Positions 37,100-46,639 of a stretch of 64,000 nt of DNA are shown here, piece after piece. The stretch is from a virus. Taxonomy: Duplodnaviria; Caudoviricetes. Positions within the stretch are counted from its first letter, which is position 1. Every line of letters begins with the position of its first letter. The stretch spans positions 1 to 64,000 of the IMG/VR virus record IMGVR_UViG_3300009095_000010; one strand, given 5' to 3'. The position numbers were made by a program, and so were the translations under genes. The notes beneath the pieces are model-generated. The model saw only the letters and a list, made by a program, of their open reading frames with translations, searched no databases and was not told the DNA's origin.

Positions 37100-37880
37100 T
37101 GTTATCCTCCTCTTCATCAAAGACTTCTTCAGAAACCTCTCTATCAAAATCCTCAACCTTTTCATTGAGTTTAGCTAAAGATTCTTTTTCTCTTGTAATC
37201 TCTTTTTGTGTTGGTACAGGATTTATATCTTTAGGATTCAACCTTTGCATCTCTTCATTTAATAAGTCCATAAACAAAGAGGTATAATCCGGACCAAGAC
37301 GTTCAAGTACTCGGCGGATTGCTTCTTGAAAAGCAACGGATTGCTGCTCAACCATTTGAACAGTGTACGTGTGCTCTATACGTACATCAGGACGATCATT
37401 CTTGATCTTGTCCGCCTTCTCCAAAGCGGCCATTAAGAGTTCCATGTACTTTGTGAATATATAATCTGCCTTTCGAGTATCTTCAGGATCACCCTGAATC
37501 ATATCGAAAATCTGCTCAGCTCTCGTTTCAAGAATTGTAATAACGTTATTCAGTCTTTCTATGTAGTTAATCTCTTTATTAACTCCATCCAGAACACGTT
37601 CTTTCCAAGCACGATTGTCAAGAAGTGATTCCTTGATTTGCTTATCAAGTTTTGAATCTGTATCACGCTGAACAATTTTCTTTACGTAACCATGATGATC
37701 TGCATACGTATCCAAAAACTCCTGCAACGTTGTTGCAGGAATTCTTAGATGATTCTCGTCTGGTCCGGGGTATTTGTCCTTTAGATATTTAGATACGAGT
37801 TTAGAACTATCTCCGCTTACTAGCTTCGATATAATAGTTTCCTTCTCTGGATGATCTATAATTTTCTTGAAATCGGACAT
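37086..37880 (-). CDS. Hypothetical protein, possible terminase small subunit
   Basis: N-terminal HTH-like DHPEKETIISKLVSG...VSKYL, helical core and acidic tail; position in the packaging region only. Confidence 0.35.
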   Translation of the reverse strand: MSDFKKIIDHPEKETIISKLVSGDSSKLVSKYLKDKYPGPDENHLRIPATTLQEFLDTYADHHGYVKKIVQRDTDSKLDKQIKESLLDNRAWKERVLDGVNKEINYIERLNNVITILETRAEQIFDMIQGDPEDTRKADYIFTKYMELLMAALEKADKIKNDRPDVRIEHTYTVQMVEQQSVAFQEAIRRVLERLGPDYTSLFMDLLNEEMQRLNPKDINPVPTQKEITREKESLAKLNEKVEDFDREVSEEVFDEEEDNNDDE

Positions 37881-37898
37881 TCATTGCCTTCTCTTAGA

Positions 37899-40800
37899 TT
37901 ACTGCATATCTGTCATGGACCTAAGACCAATCAAATCTTGATAAGGGTTCTTCCTTCCTTTCTGCTTTAAAATATCTGCCGTACTCTTGTTACCAATGAG
38001 TTCTTTATTTGGTGGGAAGAATCCTTCGGCTTCCATTGCTTCATCAATCTTTTTATTTGACTCAACCTGACGCGCCATAGATTCACGAACCCTATCTATA
38101 AAGAACTCTATAACTCCTGGCTTGATTTGTGCTCCTGGATACTTTTCAGAAACAACACTCATAACATCTTCTGCTGACTTTCCTTTGAGAGCCATGCTCC
38201 AAATCATACCCTGTAGATTCTTATTTGACTTCATCCATGAAATGATTGGCTTTAGGTATTCTACAGATATTGCTCGCCCAACTCCATTGGTTGCTGGGTT
38301 AGACATAACATCAATAATGTTATCATCTCTAACTCCATTACCAACCAGGTCAGCAATCTTAACCTTTACAGCATCAGATACATAAGGCATATCCTCTGGC
38401 TCACTAACAGTTATTTGAGCAAATTCTTTAGGAATCTCTGTACGCTCAAACGGATTCTGTTTCTTTGCATTTACATATGCTCTTAGGTATTCCTCAGGAT
38501 TTGTAAATAGAGTCTTAAAGTTTCCTGTATCTACAATAGGATCTGTTGAGTACTCAAGCGCTTTGCCTTTGTACTTACCATCTTCGCCTTTTCCAAGAGA
38601 CTTCCAAACACCATCCATTGAAGAGATAAGGTTATTGATACTTACCCTTCCTGCAATTACCTTCGCACTTGGAGGAACAAAGCCACGGTCTTTCATAAAC
38701 TCATCACGCTCTGGTGAATTCAAATCAGTTGGCCACTTAGAACCCTCTGACATTTCCAAGTCAGGTGGGAACTCTTTGTAAGCCTCAACCAAAGCTTCCA
38801 TATATGGCTGGCCCATATCCCAGATTGGAATAAGCTCTTCACCATTTTCATCTGTTGGAATATCAATCAATTTCTTTGGTGCTTCGTTCTTTTTCCTGAG
38901 TTCATTCTTTTTTCGTTCTTGCTTTACAACCGATGTCTTCTTTCCAAGACTCTCAAGCTTCTCGGCAAAATCTGTCAGTGTAGGAATTTCTTCTTTGAAA
39001 AATGAAGGAAGATTATTCTGTGTCAAAGCTCTATCGATTGTATTCTTGAATACAGCTGTACGTATATCTTTTAACATGTTTTCAGCTTCACGCGCTGAAC
39101 CAGATGATAGAACATAAGATCTCATCTTTGACATAACGTCTTCAGACAATGTATACTTTTCAATCTTTTCTTTGTACATCTTCAAAAGAATTGGATCTTC
39201 TGATTGTATCAAATCGCTAATATAGATAGCTTCGCTCTTGAGTTTTTCACCCTCTTCTCCACCAAGATTTTCTGCATACCTAAGTTTCTCATCTGCATCA
39301 CGAGTAGCGAAAACCTCAGCCAACATCATTGGATACTTCTCAAGAATTGCCGGCGTTTTCTCTTTCAAAAAGAACATTGTCTTTAGCTTCTCTTGAACAG
39401 GCAATGGAAGCTTATTGAATTGTGGCATTTCTTTTGTTGTACCAAACTCAAACTTATTGAACAGAGTTTTATACTTAGCAAACTGCTCTGGCCACATCTT
39501 AGCTATTTCACCATCAATCTTTTCAGCAGCTTCGTCTGTAATATTTACACCAGTACTTTCCATGTACTTAGGCCAGTTGACAACACTATTCTTAGTTGTT
39601 GGCTCACCTTCGAAACTTGCAACTTCATTTGGAGATGGCTCTTCGATCTTGCCAAGTTCTTCTACCTTTTCATGGACAGATTTCTTGTGCTTGTTCTTGT
39701 ACTCAAAAACATCTTTGTTAGTTACATAACCAAACTCTGTTGGTTTATAACCAGCATCATCACCCTCTGGAATGTCAGCCTTTTCATAAGCACCAACAAA
39801 ACCATTGTTCTTCATGATTTGGTTGATTCTTTCCATAGTCATAAGAAGCTTTTGCTTCTCTGTGTACTTCGGAGTTCCATCGCTGTTCTCTTTATTCAAC
39901 AGACGCATGAAGCTCCATCCTTTCTTCTTATCCATTACCTCTTCGAGAGCCATATCATATGCGCTACCCCAAAGACCTGGATTAGAAAATGGTGTTACAG
40001 GGCCTGTCTTTGGCTCCACTTCCTTCTTTAGAAATGATGGCTTAGACTCTGGCTTTACAGCTTCCTCAACCTTTGGCTCTTGAACTTCAGGAGCAGGTTG
40101 GACTTGTGGTGCCTTTGGAGAAAGGAAAGATGGAAAACCTGTTGGAGCCGGAGATATCTCTGGCTGAACGGCTAATTCCAAACCAGACTCCTGTGGTTCG
40201 TCCAGTTCGAGTTCAATATCTAAATTAGGATCTCCCTCAAATTCAAACTCTCTCAACTGACTTTCTTTTAGAATTTTAGCTAGAGAGTTGAGTTTAGAAT
40301 TTTTTTTTAATGGGCTAGAACTTCTAGCTACTTTTGCAAGTTGATTCTTATCAACCCCCATCCTAGCTAAAGCTTTGAGATGAGTAGATACCAAATCATC
40401 CCAACCTAGAGATCTTAGTTGAGGAAGAATGATCTCTTTAGCAATCTTTAATTCATCGCCAGGGTTATCAAACTTTGTTACAAAGTCAGAAGAAAGAACG
40501 TACTTGATTTGATAGTCATCAAGCCCTGCTTTTTTTGCTTTTGCAACGGCCCCTTTTAGCAGATGCGGGGCAAGCTCCTGTATGGTGCTCAACGCAACTG
40601 CAATGTTACTTGCCCCTTGTGCTTTTTTTAGATTACCAAAATTATCACCAGCTGCCTTTAGAATCTGATCTACCTTATCGCTAGATGCTCCCTTGTATTG
40701 ATCTAAAGAGTCTACAAGAATGTTAGCAACTTCTGTTGTTGATAGACCATCATCATAAGCGCAATCAAGCGCTCCTTCCAAAAGATCAGGAGCTGCATCG

Positions 40801-41609
40801 CGGCAAACCTGAATTGCTGCTGCAATCTGCTCGCCCATTGCATACTTCTTGAGGTGATTGAAATCATCACTAGCAAATCTATTGTTGATAGACTCACGAG
40901 TCTCAAACAAAGAAGCTCCCTGATTTCGAACATCACCGAAATCTCTTGTCTGATATTCTACAGCTCCACCAGGAACTTCATTACCCTTCTGTGTTTTGTA
41001 TCCAGCTTTGTAATCATAAATGATACCAGTCACAATATCCTGATAAACATGATCAGTGATACGTGTCATCTGTCCGCCTGGACGATCTGGTGGGTAACGT
41101 GTCTGAAGAGGTGCCTCAAGAGGAACATACTTCTTTACTTGCTGAGCCACTGCCTTTGCTTGCTCTTTCTGATTGTGCATAGCCGCATGAGCCTGAGCAG
41201 GCTTCTGATAAGCTTCCTCCCTTCTTAGCCTACGACGTTCTTCACGAAGACGAGTAATCTCATCATCATAAACTTTTCTAGATTCTAAAGCAGCAGTCTT
41301 TGGAGCTGCAATCGAAAGTAGAAGTTCGTCCAGAACAGATGCCTGCTTCTTGAGTAGCGGATCACCACTCTCATCAAAAGCAGAAGCGAGAGCAGCTATC
41401 TCATTGAGCTGCTGCTCAGTGATACTAAACTCTGCATGCTTATCCATGTCATCGGCAACTTCCTCCAATAACGTAGATGCAGCAGCAATTGCAGTAGCTA
41501 CTTTTTCAAAAACCTCTGGTCCTTTGCTTGAAGCTCGAACAAGCAAATCATCAGAGTTCTTCTCTAGTCTAGAAGCTAGAACTCTCAAATCTATTGAAAC
41601 AGACATCAT
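37899..41609 (-). CDS. Large hypothetical (putative internal head) protein
   Basis: 1236 aa; helical-hairpin module, internal repeat IAxAxxxxxxxAPxLLxGA, several KxA motifs in the N-terminal third. Confidence 0.65.
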   Translation of the reverse strand: MMSVSIDLRVLASRLEKNSDDLLVRASSKGPEVFEKVATAIAAASTLLEEVADDMDKHAEFSITEQQLNEIAALASAFDESGDPLLKKQASVLDELLLSIAAPKTAALESRKVYDDEITRLREERRRLRREEAYQKPAQAHAAMHNQKEQAKAVAQQVKKYVPLEAPLQTRYPPDRPGGQMTRITDHVYQDIVTGIIYDYKAGYKTQKGNEVPGGAVEYQTRDFGDVRNQGASLFETRESINNRFASDDFNHLKKYAMGEQIAAAIQVCRDAAPDLLEGALDCAYDDGLSTTEVANILVDSLDQYKGASSDKVDQILKAAGDNFGNLKKAQGASNIAVALSTIQELAPHLLKGAVAKAKKAGLDDYQIKYVLSSDFVTKFDNPGDELKIAKEIILPQLRSLGWDDLVSTHLKALARMGVDKNQLAKVARSSSPLKKNSKLNSLAKILKESQLREFEFEGDPNLDIELELDEPQESGLELAVQPEISPAPTGFPSFLSPKAPQVQPAPEVQEPKVEEAVKPESKPSFLKKEVEPKTGPVTPFSNPGLWGSAYDMALEEVMDKKKGWSFMRLLNKENSDGTPKYTEKQKLLMTMERINQIMKNNGFVGAYEKADIPEGDDAGYKPTEFGYVTNKDVFEYKNKHKKSVHEKVEELGKIEEPSPNEVASFEGEPTTKNSVVNWPKYMESTGVNITDEAAEKIDGEIAKMWPEQFAKYKTLFNKFEFGTTKEMPQFNKLPLPVQEKLKTMFFLKEKTPAILEKYPMMLAEVFATRDADEKLRYAENLGGEEGEKLKSEAIYISDLIQSEDPILLKMYKEKIEKYTLSEDVMSKMRSYVLSSGSAREAENMLKDIRTAVFKNTIDRALTQNNLPSFFKEEIPTLTDFAEKLESLGKKTSVVKQERKKNELRKKNEAPKKLIDIPTDENGEELIPIWDMGQPYMEALVEAYKEFPPDLEMSEGSKWPTDLNSPERDEFMKDRGFVPPSAKVIAGRVSINNLISSMDGVWKSLGKGEDGKYKGKALEYSTDPIVDTGNFKTLFTNPEEYLRAYVNAKKQNPFERTEIPKEFAQITVSEPEDMPYVSDAVKVKIADLVGNGVRDDNIIDVMSNPATNGVGRAISVEYLKPIISWMKSNKNLQGMIWSMALKGKSAEDVMSVVSEKYPGAQIKPGVIEFFIDRVRESMARQVESNKKIDEAMEAEGFFPPNKELIGNKSTADILKQKGRKNPYQDLIGLRSMTDMQ

Positions 41610-41614
41610 TCTCC

Positions 41615-43150
41615 TTATGCGCCTTCTGGAAAGAAAATCTTATGAGTCATGAACTGTGGTGTGTCATGAACTGGTTGAGAAGCTAGACGCCGCATTGATT
41701 GATGCTCACTCTCATAAGGGTCTTGCTTGCCAGTCTCACAACCCATGTTCATCATCATATGAGCAATAGCAACTCTTTGTGCGTGTGGGTCAACCTCACC
41801 AAGAACATTGATTGCATCCTCAGCTCTGAGATAATTACCCTCAGCAACAGACTCTTTCACAACGTCAAGAAGCTCGGTTGGCTTCATTCCGTAGCAAGGA
41901 GATGCAGTTGCAAGCGCTCTCTTGTTTCCACCCAGGCCAGATTTTACAACCTCATCGATTGCACTCTTGCTAAATGCAGTTACCGCATCGTTAGCAAAAA
42001 CAACCTTTGGTGGCAGAATCATATTGCCAGTAACTTCAACAGGTACCTTGAGCCCAGTTCCAACACCGATAGCTACGGCATAGAAAACCTTACCCTCTTC
42101 AACGTCTGCAACCTTGACCTGTACTGAGCCATAGCCCATCTCAGAAAACTTGCGAACAAGCATAGAGCGGCCAGCCTCAACGACGCGGTCACCATGAATG
42201 AATCTTGCTATACCATCTGGCTTACCAAGAGTTTCAGCAAACTTGCTTTCTTCTGTGGCTGCCATCTTTGGCAGCTGAATATCAGCATGTGGATCTTCCA
42301 TCTGTGCATAGAGCAAAGAATTCTGATCGATTGCTGGTGTTCCAGTTTCAGAAGCGACCTTGATAGCTGCAAGCTCTACTTCGTTGACGATACTCTCTGA
42401 GCCCTTCTTGACACGTTCAAGCACATCGAGAAGTCTAGAACCATCTACACGGAAGGACTTTCCAGCTGTATTTATAATGTGTTTCTGGTAGGCTTGCTTA
42501 CCAAGATCCTCAAAGCCCGCTCTAGAAAGGAAGAGACTTGGAAGAATGGCCTTACCTTCTCTCAACTCTACAGGGATAAGAGCAAAAGCTGTTCCTTTTG
42601 GGGTTTCGTGAGAAGCCTGGACAATGATCAGATCTTGGCGACCGGCAAATGTAGTGATGTCCTTTGGCTCAATTCCAATTCCAATTAGCTGAGCATAAGC
42701 AGCTCTTTGTGCTTTTTGTGAATCAGTTGCACTGTAAATCTGCTCTCTAGGGGTTGCTGCAAAAGCACCACTTAGTGCATTAGAAAGAATTGGGTCTGCA
42801 AATTTAGCGTAGTCCCGATCCAGAGGCATTCCTTCATTGGAGTCACGAACAAATGTCTGTGGCTTGCGTTCAGCTTGCTTACCAAGCTCTTCAGCAAAAA
42901 CAGAAGAGAGCTTTGAATGAGACGCGCTGAATCGCTCAACAACCTGACGAAGCTCATCTTTGGAGATGAATGTTTGGTTAGAAGCCATCTTTGTTAGGAC
43001 CTGAGATGCGTTGATAAGAGCCGTATCTGTTGGTCTGGCTTGTGCTTCACGACGTGCCTTTGCAGCAACAATAGGAAGGGCAAGCTTTTCGTTTGCTTCG
43101 ACAGCAGCCGCTGCCTTTTGAATCAATGAACTAATCTCTTGAATATCCAT
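41615..43150 (-). CDS. Hypothetical virion protein with two similar alpha/beta domains
   Basis: Probable start MDIQEI at 43150; LIPVELREGKAILP and LKVPVEVTGNMILP repeats. Confidence 0.65.
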   Translation of the reverse strand: MDIQEISSLIQKAAAAVEANEKLALPIVAAKARREAQARPTDTALINASQVLTKMASNQTFISKDELRQVVERFSASHSKLSSVFAEELGKQAERKPQTFVRDSNEGMPLDRDYAKFADPILSNALSGAFAATPREQIYSATDSQKAQRAAYAQLIGIGIEPKDITTFAGRQDLIIVQASHETPKGTAFALIPVELREGKAILPSLFLSRAGFEDLGKQAYQKHIINTAGKSFRVDGSRLLDVLERVKKGSESIVNEVELAAIKVASETGTPAIDQNSLLYAQMEDPHADIQLPKMAATEESKFAETLGKPDGIARFIHGDRVVEAGRSMLVRKFSEMGYGSVQVKVADVEEGKVFYAVAIGVGTGLKVPVEVTGNMILPPKVVFANDAVTAFSKSAIDEVVKSGLGGNKRALATASPCYGMKPTELLDVVKESVAEGNYLRAEDAINVLGEVDPHAQRVAIAHMMMNMGCETGKQDPYESEHQSMRRLASQPVHDTPQFMTHKIFFPEGA

Positions 43151-43160
43151 AACTTTTCCC

Positions 43161-43853
43161 TTATTTCCCACGCTTGATGTTTGTGTTTGCAGCATTAGCA
43201 ACCAATTGCTTTATGACCCCTTCAAGCTTGGCTCTTGATATCTGCTTCTCATCATAAAGATTTAATAACTCTGATACCATGCTATCCACCTCCGCATCGT
43301 CATAATCCATATTATGATTAGGTGCTTCTTGAGGAATTTCATGATCTTCATAAGCCTCAATACCATTAAAGTCAGCAACCTTCCTTAGCTCAGGAAAGCG
43401 CTGACAAATAAGTTCACGAGAACGACCCGCCACCTTGGAGAATATTTCTTTCTGAAGAGACTCATCATTTGCCAATTTCTTTGGTAACCACCTACGTGCA
43501 ATATTGAATTCAGTTTCCGGAATACCCATATCACTAGAAGACAGAGAAACAAGAGGTTCGCCTTTGTAATAAATGTGCATAGCACTCTTATCCGGAAGCG
43601 CATCCCAATCATTCTTTTCATTATTAGACTCTACAGCAAGACCGCCGTCCTCTCCATATAGAGCTACAATAACAGGACCATCGGAACCATCTTGAATCTT
43701 CCATAGCTGCTCGGTGTCTTCGTTATCTCTAAAACGAACTAGGTCATAAGCAACCTTTTCAATACGATTCTGAACATCTGCTAGACGATACGAGCGCTGA
43801 GGAAGTAACGTCTGAGAAAGATTATCAAAGTTAACTGTGAACTTATCCTTCAT
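43161..43853 (-). CDS. Hypothetical protein, first gene of the morphogenesis unit
   Basis: 230 aa; GGAG SD; follows a terminator; EKVAY and RKVAD motifs. Confidence 0.65.
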   Translation of the reverse strand: MKDKFTVNFDNLSQTLLPQRSYRLADVQNRIEKVAYDLVRFRDNEDTEQLWKIQDGSDGPVIVALYGEDGGLAVESNNEKNDWDALPDKSAMHIYYKGEPLVSLSSSDMGIPETEFNIARRWLPKKLANDESLQKEIFSKVAGRSRELICQRFPELRKVADFNGIEAYEDHEIPQEAPNHNMDYDDAEVDSMVSELLNLYDEKQISRAKLEGVIKQLVANAANTNIKRGK

Positions 43854-43921
43854 TGATTCTCCAAATTATTTATAGGGGTTGGCAAGCGTCTGCGCTAAAA
43901 TGATGCAAAAGTAGTGATAGA

Positions 43922-43960
43922 ACAAAAACAAAAGCCCACAGCACAAAATGCGTGGGTCTT
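43922..43960 (-). terminator. Intrinsic terminator separating the replication and morphogenesis modules
   Basis: - strand AAGACCCACGCA-TTTTG-TGCTGTGGGCTT followed by TTGTTTTTG. Confidence 0.75.
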
Positions 43961-43986
43961 TTCATTCCGCGCATACGAGCCAAGTC

Positions 43987-44424
43987 TCAATTATATAGAG
44001 CATGTATCTCAGCTATCTGCGCAATTATTGCCTGTATCTGGGGATCTTTATCTGCCAATCGTCTGAGTTTTTTCTTCGCACCGCCGTATATCTTTTTACC
44101 ATTTCGGTAATCACAATTACCATTTACGGACTTAGTAATAGAGCTTTGGTTTACATTTAACTGTTTAGCTATTTCTATCTGGGTGTATCCCCTAGCTAAA
44201 AGTTCAATAACCTGGAACTGGCGCTCAGTGAGGTGTTCTTTAGCTAATCTCCAAAATTCAAGCTTTAAATCATCTCTAAGGTCTAAAAGCTTTTCTCTAT
44301 CTTCTGGATTGTAATTTTCAACAAGCCCTTGAGCTTCTGAGAATTCAGCCATCATCTCACTTGAATATGGCTGTTCTGTATATAAATACTGGTATCCATT
44401 TGAACGATTAGATTTTTTTCCCAT
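43987..44424 (-). CDS. Sigma70 region-4/LuxR-type HTH transcription regulator
   Basis: LTERQFQVIELLARGYTQIEIAKQLNVNQSSITKSV. Confidence 0.8.
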   Translation of the reverse strand: MGKKSNRSNGYQYLYTEQPYSSEMMAEFSEAQGLVENYNPEDREKLLDLRDDLKLEFWRLAKEHLTERQFQVIELLARGYTQIEIAKQLNVNQSSITKSVNGNCDYRNGKKIYGGAKKKLRRLADKDPQIQAIIAQIAEIHALYN

Positions 44425-45226
44425 TCATTTCTCCGAAACTCTTCATTCTATCTATAACATACTTTACGTATGTTTTATCTTTAGAGTCTCGAAAAAATTC
44501 ATCAATATCTTTAAAGCCTTCAGGTGGGCTAATAACTTTTATATTTACGTAGTCTTTATACCTATCTTTTATTCTTTTCTTAGCTTTTTGACCAGCCTCA
44601 TCATTATCGTACATCAAGAAAATATTATTTGTATACCTATGTAGTTGAAACATTTGATATCTAGACAGATTAGCCCAACCAAAAGCAACAGTGTTCTTGA
44701 TTCCATGAGCATGCATAGAGATGCAATCAAACTGACCCTCAACCCCTATGACAAAATCGTTTTTAAGAATATCATTCTTAGCCTTATCCAAACCATAAAC
44801 GTACAACTCTTTCCGGCACCCAGCAGAGTACTTATACTTAGGAATCATATTCTCCTGACGCTCCTCTTCGGAAAGAAGACACCGTCCCAGAATAGCTACA
44901 ATATCTTGATGAGCATTACAAAAAGGCATTATTAAATTGTGCTCTGAGAAGTGCCCATGAGGAGCTGTGTCACCAAAGAACTTTGGGTAATAAAGATTCA
45001 TTAGCTTCAGCTCTTCTTTCTTTACCATTGAGGTAAGTTCTTTAAGAGCATCATCCTGAGGAAAGTATCCAAACCTCCACAGAATTTGATCATCCTTACT
45101 GAGGCGGGAATCTAGGTATCTTCTGGCTTTGGCCGCATGCTTAGATGTCAACAACAAATGTTGACATGCCTTCAGAATGTTTTTAAGTGACTTTTGTGTC
45201 TTTTTATGTTCCTGAAACGAGTTCAT
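44408..45226 (-). CDS. dnaG: DNA primase (DnaG catalytic core/Toprim, no N-terminal Zn domain)
   Basis: ARRYLDSR, LIMPF...ILGR, PKYKYS, LYVYGLD, VEGQFD, YDNDEAG and KDIDEF motifs. Confidence 0.88.
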   Translation of the reverse strand: MNSFQEHKKTQKSLKNILKACQHLLLTSKHAAKARRYLDSRLSKDDQILWRFGYFPQDDALKELTSMVKKEELKLMNLYYPKFFGDTAPHGHFSEHNLIMPFCNAHQDIVAILGRCLLSEEERQENMIPKYKYSAGCRKELYVYGLDKAKNDILKNDFVIGVEGQFDCISMHAHGIKNTVAFGWANLSRYQMFQLHRYTNNIFLMYDNDEAGQKAKKRIKDRYKDYVNIKVISPPEGFKDIDEFFRDSKDKTYVKYVIDRMKSFGEMNGKKI

Positions 45227-45579
45227 TGTCCATTAGCTCTCCGCTGAGCTTGAAGGTTCACCTTAATCATCTGAGCAAAAGGTTTCGCCAGATTATCAAT
45301 TGGTTTCTCACAAAATGAGCACACCAAAGTGTTTCCTTCCTTATCCAATGACGGAGGCCCTTCCTTCTTACAATGGTTACATGTAACTGACCATGCAAGT
45401 TTCTTCTTCTCATTTCGTCTTACTTGTCCATTTGAAACAAGCTGACGCCTCATGAAAATAGAAATATTACCTACCGGCTTTGCACATTCTGTACAATACG
45501 CCGTCAAAGATTCTTTATCGACAACTGGCCGCATTTCTTTTCCGCAGCCTTTATTGTCACAAAATGATCTGAAATCCAC
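45223..45579 (-). CDS. Double zinc-ribbon protein
   Basis: CDNKGC, CTEC, CNHC and CSFC; overlaps the primase start (ATGA). Confidence 0.7.
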   Translation of the reverse strand: MDFRSFCDNKGCGKEMRPVVDKESLTAYCTECAKPVGNISIFMRRQLVSNGQVRRNEKKKLAWSVTCNHCKKEGPPSLDKEGNTLVCSFCEKPIDNLAKPFAQMIKVNLQAQRRANGQ

Positions 45580-45587
45580 TATATCTC

Positions 45588-46604
45588 CTAATCTTGTTTA
45601 CTTGAGATTTCTTCTTGGTTAGTTTGCTCCAAAACATTTATAATGTCATCTATATTTTCTGGATAGTTAACATTGATTAAAAATGAATGAACACCGTATG
45701 GTGGAACGCCAAATCCAGCAACCCTAACAGTATCTCTATGTTTTGTTCTTGGTTTGAACGAAAGAGTCTTCTCGCCCTTTATCGTTCTCAATTTCTTTTT
45801 GGTTCCTTTTAGAGCTTCCAATAAGCTAAGCTCAACTACTGATATAACATCCTTGCCATTCAATTGCATCTCTGTATCTGGTACAACGGAAATAATAACA
45901 GAAACATTACCAGAGACGTACTTTGAAAGATAGTTTCCCTTTCCTTTCAGGGAAAGCCTTGTTCCACTTTCTGCTCCCGGAGGGATTGCTACACTTACTT
46001 TTGTAGTGCTTTTTACCGATCCCGTACCATAACAAACTGTACAATTTACATTGACAGCATTGTATCCTGTGCCACTACATGATGTGCACGGCAGTTCACG
46101 ACCATCGCTCCCATATTTTCTCTTTCCATGCCCACTACACTTTTGGCACATAGTTTTATTCTCTGATATCTTTCCATCATCACAAGAATCACATTTAACA
46201 AATCTTTCAAAAGCAACTTCTTTTCGACCTCCTAAGACAGAGGTTTCAAAAGAAACCTCAACAGAAACTACAACTGGTGGAGGTCCAGCTTGTCTTGGCG
46301 TTCCAAAAGGATCTTTACCCCCAAAATTAACATTGAATACATCATTCATACGACGACGTAATTCGTCTGCTAAATGATCTCCATGATCATAATTATCATG
46401 GAATGGATTTGATGATGTACTTGATCCGTATTTTTCTAGGAACTGAAATGCTTCATTGATTTGTTTGAATTTTAATTCAGCTCCATCTGATTTGTTTTTA
46501 TCAGGATGATAAAGAACAGCTGCTTTTTTAAAAGCTTTCTTTATCTCATCCTTTGACGCTCCTAACGGAACACCTAGAATATTACACGCCTCATGAGTGT
46601 TCAT
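45588..46604 (-). CDS. dnaJ: DnaJ (Hsp40) co-chaperone
   Basis: J domain with HPD, four CxxC(xGxG) repeats and the C-terminal domain (IPPG...LEALKG). Confidence 0.92.
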   Translation of the reverse strand: MNTHEACNILGVPLGASKDEIKKAFKKAAVLYHPDKNKSDGAELKFKQINEAFQFLEKYGSSTSSNPFHDNYDHGDHLADELRRRMNDVFNVNFGGKDPFGTPRQAGPPPVVVSVEVSFETSVLGGRKEVAFERFVKCDSCDDGKISENKTMCQKCSGHGKRKYGSDGRELPCTSCSGTGYNAVNVNCTVCYGTGSVKSTTKVSVAIPPGAESGTRLSLKGKGNYLSKYVSGNVSVIISVVPDTEMQLNGKDVISVVELSLLEALKGTKKKLRTIKGEKTLSFKPRTKHRDTVRVAGFGVPPYGVHSFLINVNYPENIDDIINVLEQTNQEEISSKQD

Positions 46605-46639
46605 ATCTTCCTATCATATCTAAAGAGCAGCGACCTCGA

